Shown piece after piece: positions 1 through 11,745 of a stretch of DNA of 64,000 nucleotides. The notes under the pieces are model-generated. The model had not been told where the DNA came from. It was given only the letters and a program-made list of their open reading frames with translations, and did no database searches. The position numbers were made by a program, and so were the translations under genes. The DNA is from Balanoglossus misakiensis (Eukaryota; Animalia; Hemichordata). Position 1 is the first letter of the stretch. Each line of letters begins with the position of its first letter. The stretch lies in the NCBI GenBank assembly GCA_040954595.2, contig CM082590.2:9636088-9700087 (forward strand). The letters are read 5' to 3'.

Positions 1-34
1 ATGCAGGAAGACGTAAGCGAGCGTGCGCACTTAC

Positions 35-3000
35 CAGTTGGTACTCCAGGTACAGGATCCACACAGACGACATTGCAGCCATTCAGACAGCATTTCTTTC
101 TGCCTGAGCAATCTTGGTCGCTTTCACACTCTTGTCTACATCTACCGCCGCTTCCACCCCCGAAAGCGGGACATTTACCATCTTTTTCTGTTGACCAAAA
201 ATGTCGGAGAAGAAAACCTATGAGTTGCAAACTCTCTAAATTTGTTATCGCAAAATATCTCCAGAGCACAAAGTCAAAAATATCAACATATCCCAACAAA
301 ATGCCAGGATGTCAAGATTCCATGATGGTCACGAAACTCACCAACTGGCACAATAGGTGCTGGATCTCTGCAGACAATATTGCATCCGTCCCGGCAACAT
401 TTCTTCGCACCCGTGCAGTCAAAGTCGCTTTCGCACTCTTGTCGGCATCTGAAGATATCCCCACCTCCCTCAGATGCGGGACAGGTACCTTCTTTCTCTG
501 TAGTTAAGAGAAGACAGCAGAGAACATGAGCCAAAATAATAATAAAAGTAGAAGTCGGCGTCAACTGACTGACGGAATTGGTCGTTTGTTAACAAGTAAA
601 TCGTAGACTCGAGATATGACAAGTCGCCAGTGTATTACAGGGTGTAGCATTTGCAAGCCGTCTTGCCCAGATGATATACCAAACCCCAAACAATAACTGC
701 GTACAGATCACACTTACCACCGGGATCTTCTTCAAGTGGCAAAACACAAACATGTCCACAGCCATTACTGCAACACTTGGTACGATCCGGACAATCTCGG
801 TCATACTGACACATGTCAACACAAATGCCCGCTTCACCGGGGACTGGACAGGTTCCAGGTTTAACAACTGCGGAGAAAAAAGGAATTAATTTACTTAATA
901 TTTATTGTTGGTGTCATACAAAGATCAGTGGGATTATTAGGAAATTAAAACGAGGTCACTGTAAGAAACAGGGGCTGACTTACCAGGGGGGGCAGTTGGT
1001 GCTTTAGTTGTTGTGCTTATTGGTCTGGCCGTTGTCCTCCCCTGAGGGTTGGTGATCAGGTGGTAGTTACACAAATCCCCGGTGTTACAGCACACCGTTG
1101 TAGTTTGGTAAGCCGACCTGCCGGGGAGCTGACGACACAAGAACGGATTGGCGTCCACGGTGGCCTTGTCCAGACACCGGAAAGAGTACTTCTCTCGCCG
1201 TCCAACCACCACCTTTTCGCCGAAACAGCTTCCGTCTGTGACGCAGGTTCTGTTCCTCGAGTTGCAGTCAGTGCAGTAACACGTTACTGTGGGATAAAAT
1301 CAACGATTGACACTTTGTGATATGATCTAAAAATCGGAAGAACTACTGAGACCTACTTGATCTGACGAGCTTTGGTGTTCCGTTTCGCATGTTTCGTGGA
1401 GTTCTGAAAATTGTCTATTCACGAGCTCCAATTCAGTGTAACTTATAATCACTTAAAAATATTATATTTGAAAGTCACGGTCATATTAAATTATTCTACC
1501 AAACTCAATGAGGCTACTTACACTGTCTGTGGTTTGTAGCCGTTGGTTCTGGTGTTGGCACGACCCCACTGCACGAACCCTCTCTGAAGGTAACGTCATC
1601 AATCCCCATGCTTGTGTATGGCCAACCGGAGTGCACGGTTTCAAAGACAACCTGAAGAGGGAATTTAAAAAAATATGTTTTTCATATTCTCATAATGATA
1701 TTTTGATCCTTGTTGTCCATAATATATAATTTACCTTATCATAAGCTAGGAGCAACAAAATAACACATCTGGCCAATTCTGTTGGACGATAACTAAACCT
1801 GATGCTTTCGTCATTTTTGCTCAATTCAAGTTGGCCTTTTTTGGTTACATTTGATGGCTTGTTTGTGTTGTTCAGCTCAATGAGTGATGGTCATAATTAA
1901 CATCATTTCGCTGATCAGTTGAAACACGATTCGTACCTGATATGAGTCGCCAACCTCACTGCTTATATCAACTTCAGCCAGATGCCACCTGCGTTGGTTA
2001 CACCTGGGTCGTTCCCACACAGGGATGCCTAGCCGCCCGCCACTCTTGGCGTACACCCGCAAACGAGAACGGCGTGGCCCCCTGCCGCTGGTAGCGCAGT
2101 GGTAGTAGAACTTCAGGCACTGGGCAGATGATGTTGTCGTGTATTCTGGTGACGATAATCTCGCCTCTGCAAAGTCACCACTTGGTGACGACGGAATGTT
2201 GCCACCACCAGCACTGGCCAACATATAAAACCCTGACAGAGGGAAAAACTACTGTTAATAGACGCTTTTCACTCATTGCGACATCTCGCAAGACCTGGTT
2301 ATTGTAGCAAAGTCTCGCGGAGTTCGGAAAATGGTCTATTGGATACGCTAATATTCATTGTAAAATAATGTGAAAACAACCAGTTAGCGTTTGTCTGTTG
2401 GAGTTTCTCCCGGCTGCACCATCTGAAAATGGACCTGCAACACATCCTCGACCTGAACCAAAACTGTGTATTGCTCTTTTGGGCTGATATACTCACGACA
2501 AAACATGGTGGAGATAAGAAATAAACGATGATTCTTACCGTCTCTGTATGTGCTGGACTGACTCGGACCAAAAAGGCCACTGTAACCAGTCCTGCGATTC
2601 CAGTCAAACTCATCATCGACATCTTGACTGTAGCCACAAATGGTTTCATCTTCAAACCCACAAGACACTGACCCACTCACTGGGGCTGCTGTAGTCGGCT
2701 CTGGTCCTGCAAGAAGTAATTTCAATGAGTTTAGATGTTGACAGCACGAGACAATTCACTTATTCCTTTGTTCATCCATGTCTGTCTGTTGGCAGTATGA
2801 AATTTGAACAAATAAAGGAACATACCTGATTCTAAAGTCAAATCCCATTGGTCAGCTTGATATGTGCCCGTGAATGACGTCAATGGTCCGAAACGCCGTG
2901 TGACGTAACGAATCAATTCGACAGTGTCACTGCCTGTCCCGTATCCCTGAGGGCCGTCGCGAATCCGCTCGACTTCTTGGACTCGTCCATAGTCATATGT

Positions 3001-4371
3001 GACGTCACTCTTGTCCAGGTGGTATGCTATCTGCATTTTCGACCAGACAAAACATCAATTAAAAAGTGTACATGTATAATACATAAAAGACGCCAATGTG
3101 CAGAGTACAGTGGGCATTATCATTGCTGACAACTGAATTTAAGTCCGGACTTGAATTCATTTGTCACCAATATTAATGGCAGTGAAACACATACAGGCTA
3201 TATTGACAAGTTGAAAGCTGAACACTAGTGTTATTAAGCCTCTTGACAAAATAATCATATTTCCCTTATCTTTACATATTGAAATCTGGTTTTGACCTAC
3301 CAGGACGACCTTTGCAATGACCACATCCGGTTCCGAAAAGTTCAAGACCCAGTTGATAGGTTCATAGGAGTTCAGAACCAGGATAATAGGGTTTCCGAAT
3401 CCGCGGCCGTGAATATTGAACTGGGTTGTGCCTGTGTTGTGGATTCTAAAGCCGTGAATGCCATTACCCTCGTAGTTGCCAATCACGTGAACTTCGTTGC
3501 CACGGTCATCACCACGGCAACTGTAGACTTTGTACCCTCCACTGCTGGGGCGCCCTCGGAACAAATGTGTCGCCGCTGCGTCGTCTGCTCCGATTTCAAT
3601 GACACACCCATCGATTTTGGCTGTATGGTGAAAAAAGGTCTCGAAATGTGAACTCTGTTTTTGCAAATGGCCAACATATGCTGCAGTGAAGCAGCGCATG
3701 TGCAGTTCAGGCGACCCTCACTCTTTAACAGTTATAGTGATTCCAGCCTTGTGTTATATATAATACATACATTTGTAATGACACCTGGTAAATTAACAGC
3801 ATATTAAATGATTGCATAAACAGTACGTAGGACAGGTTCTGTGAGAATTGATTTTGTATTGGTTTGTCTTCTGTCGTGCTCCAGATGATCGTCTTGGACT
3901 AAGATTTCTAGTATACATAAACATGCTCATTGAATTTGACTTACGTAAGCAGGTACAACGGTCGTAGTTTGGGTGGTTGCACTCACAGATACCGTCAACA
4001 CATTGCTGGTTCAACGGACTCCCCCAGGACTGGAAGCAATAATCTTCACCTCGGAAACTAGAGCACTGTGTCACACCTTCAATTCCTCGACAGCTAGATG
4101 TCTGCTGCGATGCAACTAACACTAGTGCATTCAGTGCTAAAAAGAGACCAAAATAATTTATTTTACTTTGATTAGTTGTAATATAACAATTTCATGTAAC
4201 TGGTATACATGTCCAATGGTTAGCAATGTGACCTTGGACGCGACCACTGCTGGCGTTATTGTGGGCAACATGGACGCGTGGCCAATAATGAATCTGACCA
4301 ATGGTCAAGACCTGAACAAAACGAGTCCACTTACCTATGACTATGGCGATACGCGTCTTCCCTGTCCCCAT
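35..4371 (-). CDS. Secreted mosaic protein: signal peptide, Cys-rich module, betaglycan/endoglin orphan-like domain, MAM, activin/TGF-beta type I receptor-like ectodomain, at least 3 WAP domains (3' end beyond left edge of window)
   Basis: Phase-consistent GT-AG exons: 4371-4335, 4136-3945, 3620-3301, 3030-2826, 2706-2539, 2232-1937, 1651-1522, 1286-984, 867-718, 497-342, 187-35 (about 700 aa visible). N-terminus MGTGKTRIAIVIALNALVLVASQQ; MAM motifs SCGFED..ICGYSQ...FDW, CLKFYYH, GIDDVTFREGSC; three-finger LTCYCTDC..TCVTDGSCF...CCNTGDLCN; WAP motifs KxGxCP...C..D.DC...KKCC..GC..VC. Last visible exon ends at a GTAAGT donor (34-29), so the gene continues. Confidence 0.85.
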
Positions 4372-5697
4372 GTTTAAAAGCAGAGATATTTAACATGGAT
4401 AAGACTTGGTTATTTGATGTGCTCGCATGCACTCAACCGCCGTATTTATACGCCACGACATCCGGTTGTTTGGCCAGACCCCTGACCCTTGATCCGCTGT
4501 TCGTAGAAGTGGCGAAACTGATCGGCCATGCACCACGCTGTGACAATCAGTGCCACAGAACCACGGACGATAACAACGTCTCTCTTCCAGGTAATCGACC
4601 GGAAATATTTCCATATCAATGCAATTCGGTCAATGCTCTTGGTGATGTGACCTCATTGGTAGAATGTTATCGGACCACAGGCGTACACCTGTACCAGACC
4701 ATACTAGTATTAAACCCTAACAAAACAATTGCTACCAAGGAACAAGAGCCGATGTATTGTTTTACAATAGTATGTAAGCTAATGAGTTAACCAGCGAGTT
4801 AGTAGATTAGTGAGTTATTTAGCTAGTGAAATAATAATTAGCGACTTTTGTGCTACTGTAGTCTTTCAGTAAATATGTCTGTACGGTTAGTATAACGAAA
4901 ATATACATTATTGGGATAGGGAAAATTGTAAATGGTCTTGCATTTAGCTCACAATGCAGTCTTCAAATTACGCAATTGTCACAGTGCGCAGCATATTAAA
5001 ACAAGAAAAATCCGAATTCGGCTGACTGAAAATCACGTGGTGAAGAGACCAGTGTCAAGGGCATGAACTGGGCTCCACAAGTGGTCTCAGCATGCGTGTC
5101 ATGTTATGATTGTAAGTCGCGTTTCCTGGAAGTGTTGTGGGTTATGTGTTATGTCTATGGACAATTCCTTTCGCAGTATTCTGCTCAGTCGGATGTTTAA
5201 CAATTCACTCTCAGTACAAACATATATATTGAAACATCGCTATCTCGCAACATTGATTCTGCGCACATTTGATCACGTCTGCCCGGGTCACCAGCTTCTT
5301 CCATTAGAAAACGTACTTTCAATGACCACGCAACTTGCCACCAATGAATTTTATTGATAACTTTTAAAAAGGACTTTACATACCATTAGTTACAAAAGGG
5401 CATAACATTCACGTATAAAAATAGACAAGACGTACATTTGCCATTATATCAATAAAGGTTCATCAGAGTGTGACTTTTGAGAAAATTTTAAAGCTACATA
5501 TTTTGAGGAGTTTTTTATGTGTACCAAATGCAATTTCTTGGTCTACTCCAAACAGTATGCTAATATACCTAGTACATGCTTGTTAACATATGTTACTGTT
5601 GATATAAAACTAATTCTAGTCTTGGCTAGAATTTTAAGTTTGCAAATAACAATGCTGACTATTATTATATAGGTACGTTGTACTATAAAGAAGTGTT

Positions 5698-7260
5698 TCA
5701 TGATTCAATTGCTGGGTTTGAGATTCCTTCACCGTCTTGTCTTTGGCTTGATGATGTCATAATTCCCATCTCAGAAGAATTGCCCTTTCGGGCAGCACTC
5801 GTCGGTGAACCAGAAAACATTCTTTTCATGGCTTTGCGGCATTCCCCACTACCCAGATTGTAGACAAGTTTATTCATCATGATCATCACAAGCTTGTTGT
5901 AAATGGTAAATAATCGAACATAATGACCAGTGTCGGAAATTGGAGGGCCTCTGGCTGACCCAAACAACAGTTCAACCAGGAAAATACAATTCACAACAAA
6001 CTCGGGTGTGTAAGTAGCCAGCGTTATAACCCATACAGACAAACAGACGATAACGGACTTTCTTTTCTTTCTATTCAAGGAGGCAGAGCCAAGTGTCTTC
6101 TGCGACTTATAGAGCTTCCTAAGCATCAAAATGTACAGGACAGGAATGACAGCGAAACCAGCGCCCTGCACGGCGGCAATTGCGACAACTGCAACAATTA
6201 CAGAAGGACGAGCGGTTGGCGGGCCGACAGGAGTGCCCTCGTGGAACTCGAGCACGCCCATGGCGATACGGGCGACTACGTATGCCGTGGAGGGAAGGGC
6301 AAAGGAAAGCGTAAATGCCCGAAGGAATGAGTGACTGAATTTGTGATACAGGGGTTTACATACCGCCACATATCTCTCCACGGATAGGCCAATCACAAGC
6401 AGGCATGACAGGCAACTCAGGCAGTCACGTGTGATGGTGTGGACCTGAAACAAGACGACTGGTGGCGCTCGTCGCCATATTGAGACATACAGCTGGGCAG
6501 TTATCTCGACTGACATGAAAACCGTTTCGAATTGCGTCAACACGAATATGAGAGTGTTCGTGAGTGTCTTCAGTGACGACTGAGATAAGTAGAGAGCGGT
6601 GAATACAAGGTTGATGGCCACTGCTGCGCTGGCTATTGATACCAGAATCATTCCGTGCAGATAAACATCAAAGGGTAAGTCGATTGGTGCACGTGGTGGC
6701 CCGATCATTAGCAATGTTGCATTATTGAACATTGGCGTTGTATTGCATGTTGATTTTCCATTTTGACAGTGCGACATCTTGTTTCCATGTTCTCCAAATT
6801 CTGGTTTCCTAATAAAAATAAAAACAATTAAATTAAATTAATAAAAACAACTACAACAACAACAACAATATGTAATATGTGGGATCGCATATTGCTTAGG
6901 GAATTAACCAAATCTTGTGAGATCTTGCAATGACCAGACAGTATTCCAACTCCCATGTATTGTTGGTGCAAGAGTGTGAGGTACAGTATCGATGACTTAC
7001 ATGTCAATATTGCAGTTGTGGCCGAAGAGAGCAGTAGAAACCTCTAATGCAGGTGGTTCACTGGTGGATGGCTCTGTTTCCCAGTCTTCCATTGATTTGT
7101 TCTGAGTCAGGGACACCGTTTCGGTTGACTCTATTGGGGACATCATCAAGGCTGTCGCACTCGACTTGATAGTAACACTATCTGTATTAAGAAGCCAATA
7201 CAATTAAGGTTTGTTTTTCCTTTCTTGTGTCAACGTTTTCTTAATTTCTCTGTTGGAACC

Positions 7261-7359
<99 letters not shown>

Positions 7360-7651
7360 CCTCTCCCTCCCTCCCTCCCTCCCTCTCTCTCTCTCGTCCC
7401 CTCTCTCTCGCCCCCTCTCTCTGTCAAAGTTCTTGTGTCAATGTTTTTTTCAATTCATCTGTTAGAAACCTTCTATGTATATGAAACTGTAAATACGATA
7501 TCGAGAACTCACCACTAACATTGCGAGACAACCATGTTCCCTGAGTCGTTTCAACATTCCCCAGAGCAACATTTGGTCCACCGTAAAAAGAGTTCCAACA
7601 CAGTAGATAAAATATCAATGTTGTCTGTGATAAGCACTGTCTCAGAAGCAT
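5698..7651 (-). CDS. Orphan class A (rhodopsin-like) GPCR with signal peptide and Ser/Thr-rich N-terminal extension
   Basis: Main exon 6808-5698 has 7 hydrophobic segments, [12 protein letters not shown] (ERY motif), TM6 TYTP and TM7 NKLVY. Upstream exons 7651-7513 ([25 protein letters not shown]...) and 7181-7001 (S/T/E-rich) splice in frame (phases 1 and 2) into the ORF. An acceptor just upstream of 7675 and a donor near 9781 suggest a 5' non-coding exon. Confidence 0.85.
7265..7422. repeat. (CT)n / CT-rich microsatellite in GPCR intron
   Basis: Long perfect ctctct run followed by a degenerate ccct/ct tract. Confidence 0.97.
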
Positions 7652-7857
7652 GACGTCAGAAGCCTGTATGGCGATCTACCAGGACATAAAATATTGTCAA
7701 AATGATATAACATGCTCTGTCATATACATGATGCTGATGATGGAGGTGTTTTGGTTGTAGTGACGTCGATATCTATATAGCTAATATAAGAACACTTTCA
7801 ATGCAGACAGTTTGAGCAGCACAGAATGAATGTACTGACCGTCTATTTTGCATCAGT

Positions 7858-8003
7858 CAAGTTGATAAGAAGCAAAGAGGTATTGTATAAATTGTCACTT
7901 TCATTTGATAAGAAATAGTTATTGTATCAATTGTTACAAGTCAGTTGATAAGAAACAGTTATTGTATAAATTGTTATCAGTCTCATTTTGATAAGAAAAT
8001 TGC
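7858..8003. repeat. Degenerate ~40-bp minisatellite carrying 4 TGATAAGAA (GATA-site) cores
   Basis: Repeated ttgataagaa...ttattgtat(a/c)aattgt units. Confidence 0.7.
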
Positions 8004-9969
8004 AACTTTTGGTCGTTTCACACGATGGGTCACGCGTTGTTTGTCATATGTCACATGAAAATGTCCTATGTAGATCTCGCAGGGCCTTAAGGGGTTCGCG
8101 AAATGGTTTGTTGTGCGTATGCTAAACACAATGTAGTGAACAACACGCACATCTAAAGTTGAAGACATGGTAAAGGTCTACATCAATTGCGCTGTATGGT
8201 GTCCATATTAGCAGGATAGGAGAACCACGGATGCTGTGCTCAAATTACTTGCAATGCCTCCTCTCAATTTAAAAACAAAAGTTCACTTGTAGATGTCTCT
8301 CTAAACTGTTTTACGGACTGTTGAAAAAGCGTACTGAACCCCCACCATTATGAAAAGTCTCGTAGATGCTCGGGCTCTTATACGGGAATTGCGGGTCTTA
8401 AATGCAATGGAGTCAGCTTTCTCTAAGCTCTTCTCATATTCTGCATCCATTGTGTATCCTCTGTGCCCTCTAGGTATGAGGCTAAATTTACACCACTGAC
8501 CTCCGCCTGTAATTGTTTGCTCTTCCCTTCTACACGAGTCTTTATAATTGCCAGTTGAAACGATTCTTTATAATTGTCAGTTGAAACGATATCTCATTTA
8601 CAAGGCAACACTTTCGACTTCTTTGTGTTTACTGTACACACTATGCCTGGTCTGTAGAGCTGGCCCGTCTAATATGGCAAGTAGGGGACCAGTGGTTTTC
8701 TTGTCACCATTTTCTCAACATATTTTTATGACTGTACATATATTCTTAATTGTTGTCTATTGTCCTGGACCTTCTGGACATTATGTTGGAAACGAACTTT
8801 TGAACCAAATACTTCTAGAAACAGGCCCTGGGTCCACTCCCCGTTTATTTTTTACAAGGTACTGTACTATTTTTAAATAGAACAATTTGTTATGAACTGC
8901 CTTACCACACGAGATCTTGAATCAAACCGCCCTTGTTTTTTGTTAGTGTTGGTTCTAACGTGACAAAACTTATATACTACAAACAACATGTCAGTGATGT
9001 TGGGGTGTTGGCTGCAGATTGATACGTTGTCCTTCTCAAGAGTCATTGACTCGCCGGATAAATTGAAAGGCCACAGGTTAATCTGTTAATCTGGCTATAA
9101 CTTTGTAAATTGGATGCACTTGATTGGGATCTGTCGTCATGGGAACGAAGCGTTTTAGCTTTTACATATGGACCGCAATCTTTTTAAAATACACCAATTA
9201 CATGCCTGAATGTGTTGACAATTAAAACAAAGTTGCTTTTGTGTGCGCGTGATTTTCACTTATTAGTGTACTGATGATGTGTGATTTAATAACGTACTAT
9301 CAATAAGGTGGACTAGCCAATAGAGATTTAAATTATTATCCCAGGTAAACAACCGGGGATTCATTGGCTGTCCCAGAATTCAAAAATTAGCATAAGAGTA
9401 AACATTTAGCTATGAACGTCTAGCATGCATCAGAGATTGTATGTTGCAATTGATATTTTGAGTTTGATGTCAGATTCCCAGCAACAAAAAAGCACAAAAC
9501 ATTTGCCTACACGAGAACAACCTATGTACTTCCCGTAGACAGAAACAATTTAGTCTCTAACCTATTTCAACTTTAAAGGTTTGAACAAGAGAATGCAGAA
9601 TCTGTCAGTGTTTGTCAATAAGTCGAAATAGAATATATTATAACAAAACTCATCGAAATCCACAATGGTTGATAAGCCTACTTCACATAACAGAAACTGC
9701 ACATTTATCATAAAATAAATGAATATGGAAAATCACAAAGAAAAGGGGAGTTGAGATCATATATCAAGACACAAAACTTACCTGCCAAAGAGATGGAAGT
9801 TGCGATATGGATCTTGCTGATAGATGACAACTGAGCCTTCGAAAGGAGAAATGAAACACCAGCTCTTCAATATCGCTTATTTGAACGTCTCATATACTGG
9901 ACACAAAGAGCAATATAAAAACTAGCTGGACGAACCTACACCAATGTTGCGTAACAGCAGCGACTCCAC

Positions 9970-10000
9970 CCATATATGGATATTCGTTTTCCTTATATGG
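9970..10000. promoter_or_regulatory. Paired perfect CArG boxes (SRF consensus CC(A/T)6GG)
   Basis: CCATATATGG at 9970-9979 and CCTTATATGG at 9991-10000, about 190 bp upstream of a minus-strand splice donor at ~9781. Confidence 0.45.
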
Positions 10001-11745
10001 TAGAGTTGAATTAGCTGTAGATGTCTGTGTTTCTCTATAAATTATAGCATTAATTTTCAGGAAACGTAGATGGTGAAAACCATTTTTTTCTTCTCGTACA
10101 CTTTAACACAATAAAGACAAATTATTCCCAAAGTGCATATTTCCTTAACACACCAGGGAACAATTCCATTATATCACACGCTGTACCTGTGATGACGAAG
10201 AAAGTTTGAATAGCTGATTTTCCGCTAATTGCGTTATCTCGCGAGGCGTGCTTTGATTCGAAGGACAAAAGCAATTTACTTGGTTTGTGCCTTTGGGCTT
10301 AGTTAGATGTTGAAACTCTCATCACAATAATGCACATCCGTCTTTTTCAACCATCCATCCTTTTTTTGAACTTGTCGCAGTTAACGATAAGCAGGCAGAG
10401 ATTGTACATGACGGTTTTGACCAATTGACTTTTGATATAAGTATAAACATCTGATCCCCATGTTTGGCTAATTCGCCCTAATACCATGAGGAGTGTATAT
10501 CCCATGGTGTTTAGGTGCCCATCCCGATGAACCACATTTTCACAAAAGACAAATTCGAAATGAATGCCATGAATAAGTGAGAAAATGTTTTATTGTTCTT
10601 CGTCAATGCATATAAAGAATATGAAGATGGAAAACACAGCCAAGGAAATGCGAAAGTGATTCTAACACTGGGAAGGTAGCAGATGACGGATATAACCAGG
10701 CAATGACACTGATAAGTAGTGTGTCACAAGTCTTGCGCCCAGAACTGTTACTGTCGCTAATTTTTCATACATATGCCACTCTGTTGCTGCTTATATTTCT
10801 AGCATGTATCTGTAGGATCTCAATAATGTGCAGTCATGTCAGATGACAGATCGGAAAGAAAGAGGTTTATTAATGTCCACATTACAATAAATTTATATAA
10901 CCTTTATTTTAGAAAATAAACTTGCATCCTAACATTTGCATAAAATAAACCTATATGATAATTTATTTTTTTCTGCAGATTCAAACCATTTATGAACAGA
11001 AATTAATTTCGTTTTCTATCCAAAATTCACAATGTTCTAACACAGGACATGACCAGAGGTACATGAATATTCAACATAGATGCACATTTTCACCAAATAT
11101 AGTTGAAATGACTCGACGAAACTTATTACTACACATCCGAATACTAATCTACTTGACATCTTGCATAAGAACCATGTGTTCTTTGCCAATAATTCAAATT
11201 TTCTCTCATATTTTTGCATGCAAGAGTTGACTGACAACTCCAGTGAGAGTGGCTAAAACACAGAGATTGAGAATACCCGCTTGCTAAATCAATTGCCCCT
11301 TTATAGATATGAGGTACCAGGCATATGTGAATAATGCTGTAGGGTTTTGGTTGGCTAACCTTTTCAACTTTTGATCACTGCTTTCAAAAATTACCACATC
11401 AAAAAATGACACAACAGTGTAATAAATATCAACTCATTTAAATTTGGAAGCAAAAATGTAAATAATAAATGCCAGTGATTATGATATTACTTGAAATATT
11501 CGTTTTTGTTATAATAAATAGGATCAATCATGCTCTATATATGGACAGCCGTTTTCTTGAGTGACAAATAGTGGACAAAATTGCTACTATTATCGAACTC
11601 CAAAAACACACATGTGTACTTTTTGTGGCAGTTTCTTTAAATGACATGAGTGCTGATTGGATGTTAAATGCTCCTTGTGTGAAAAGTTAGCCAATGGCAC
11701 GATGTCTACTACAGGACAGAAACAATTAGACTCTGACATAACAGG

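Noticed and set aside
984-1286. A bona fide TGF-beta type I receptor gene
   Set aside because: No TM helix, GS box or kinase follows; the next in-phase exons are WAP domains.
4390-4790. ORFs 4395-4790 (+) and 4390-4614 (-)
   Set aside because: No recognisable domain or splice context; they lie in the promoter/5' region of the mosaic gene.
7211-7518. ORFs with poly-SL or poly-ER
   Set aside because: Translations of the (CT)n microsatellite.
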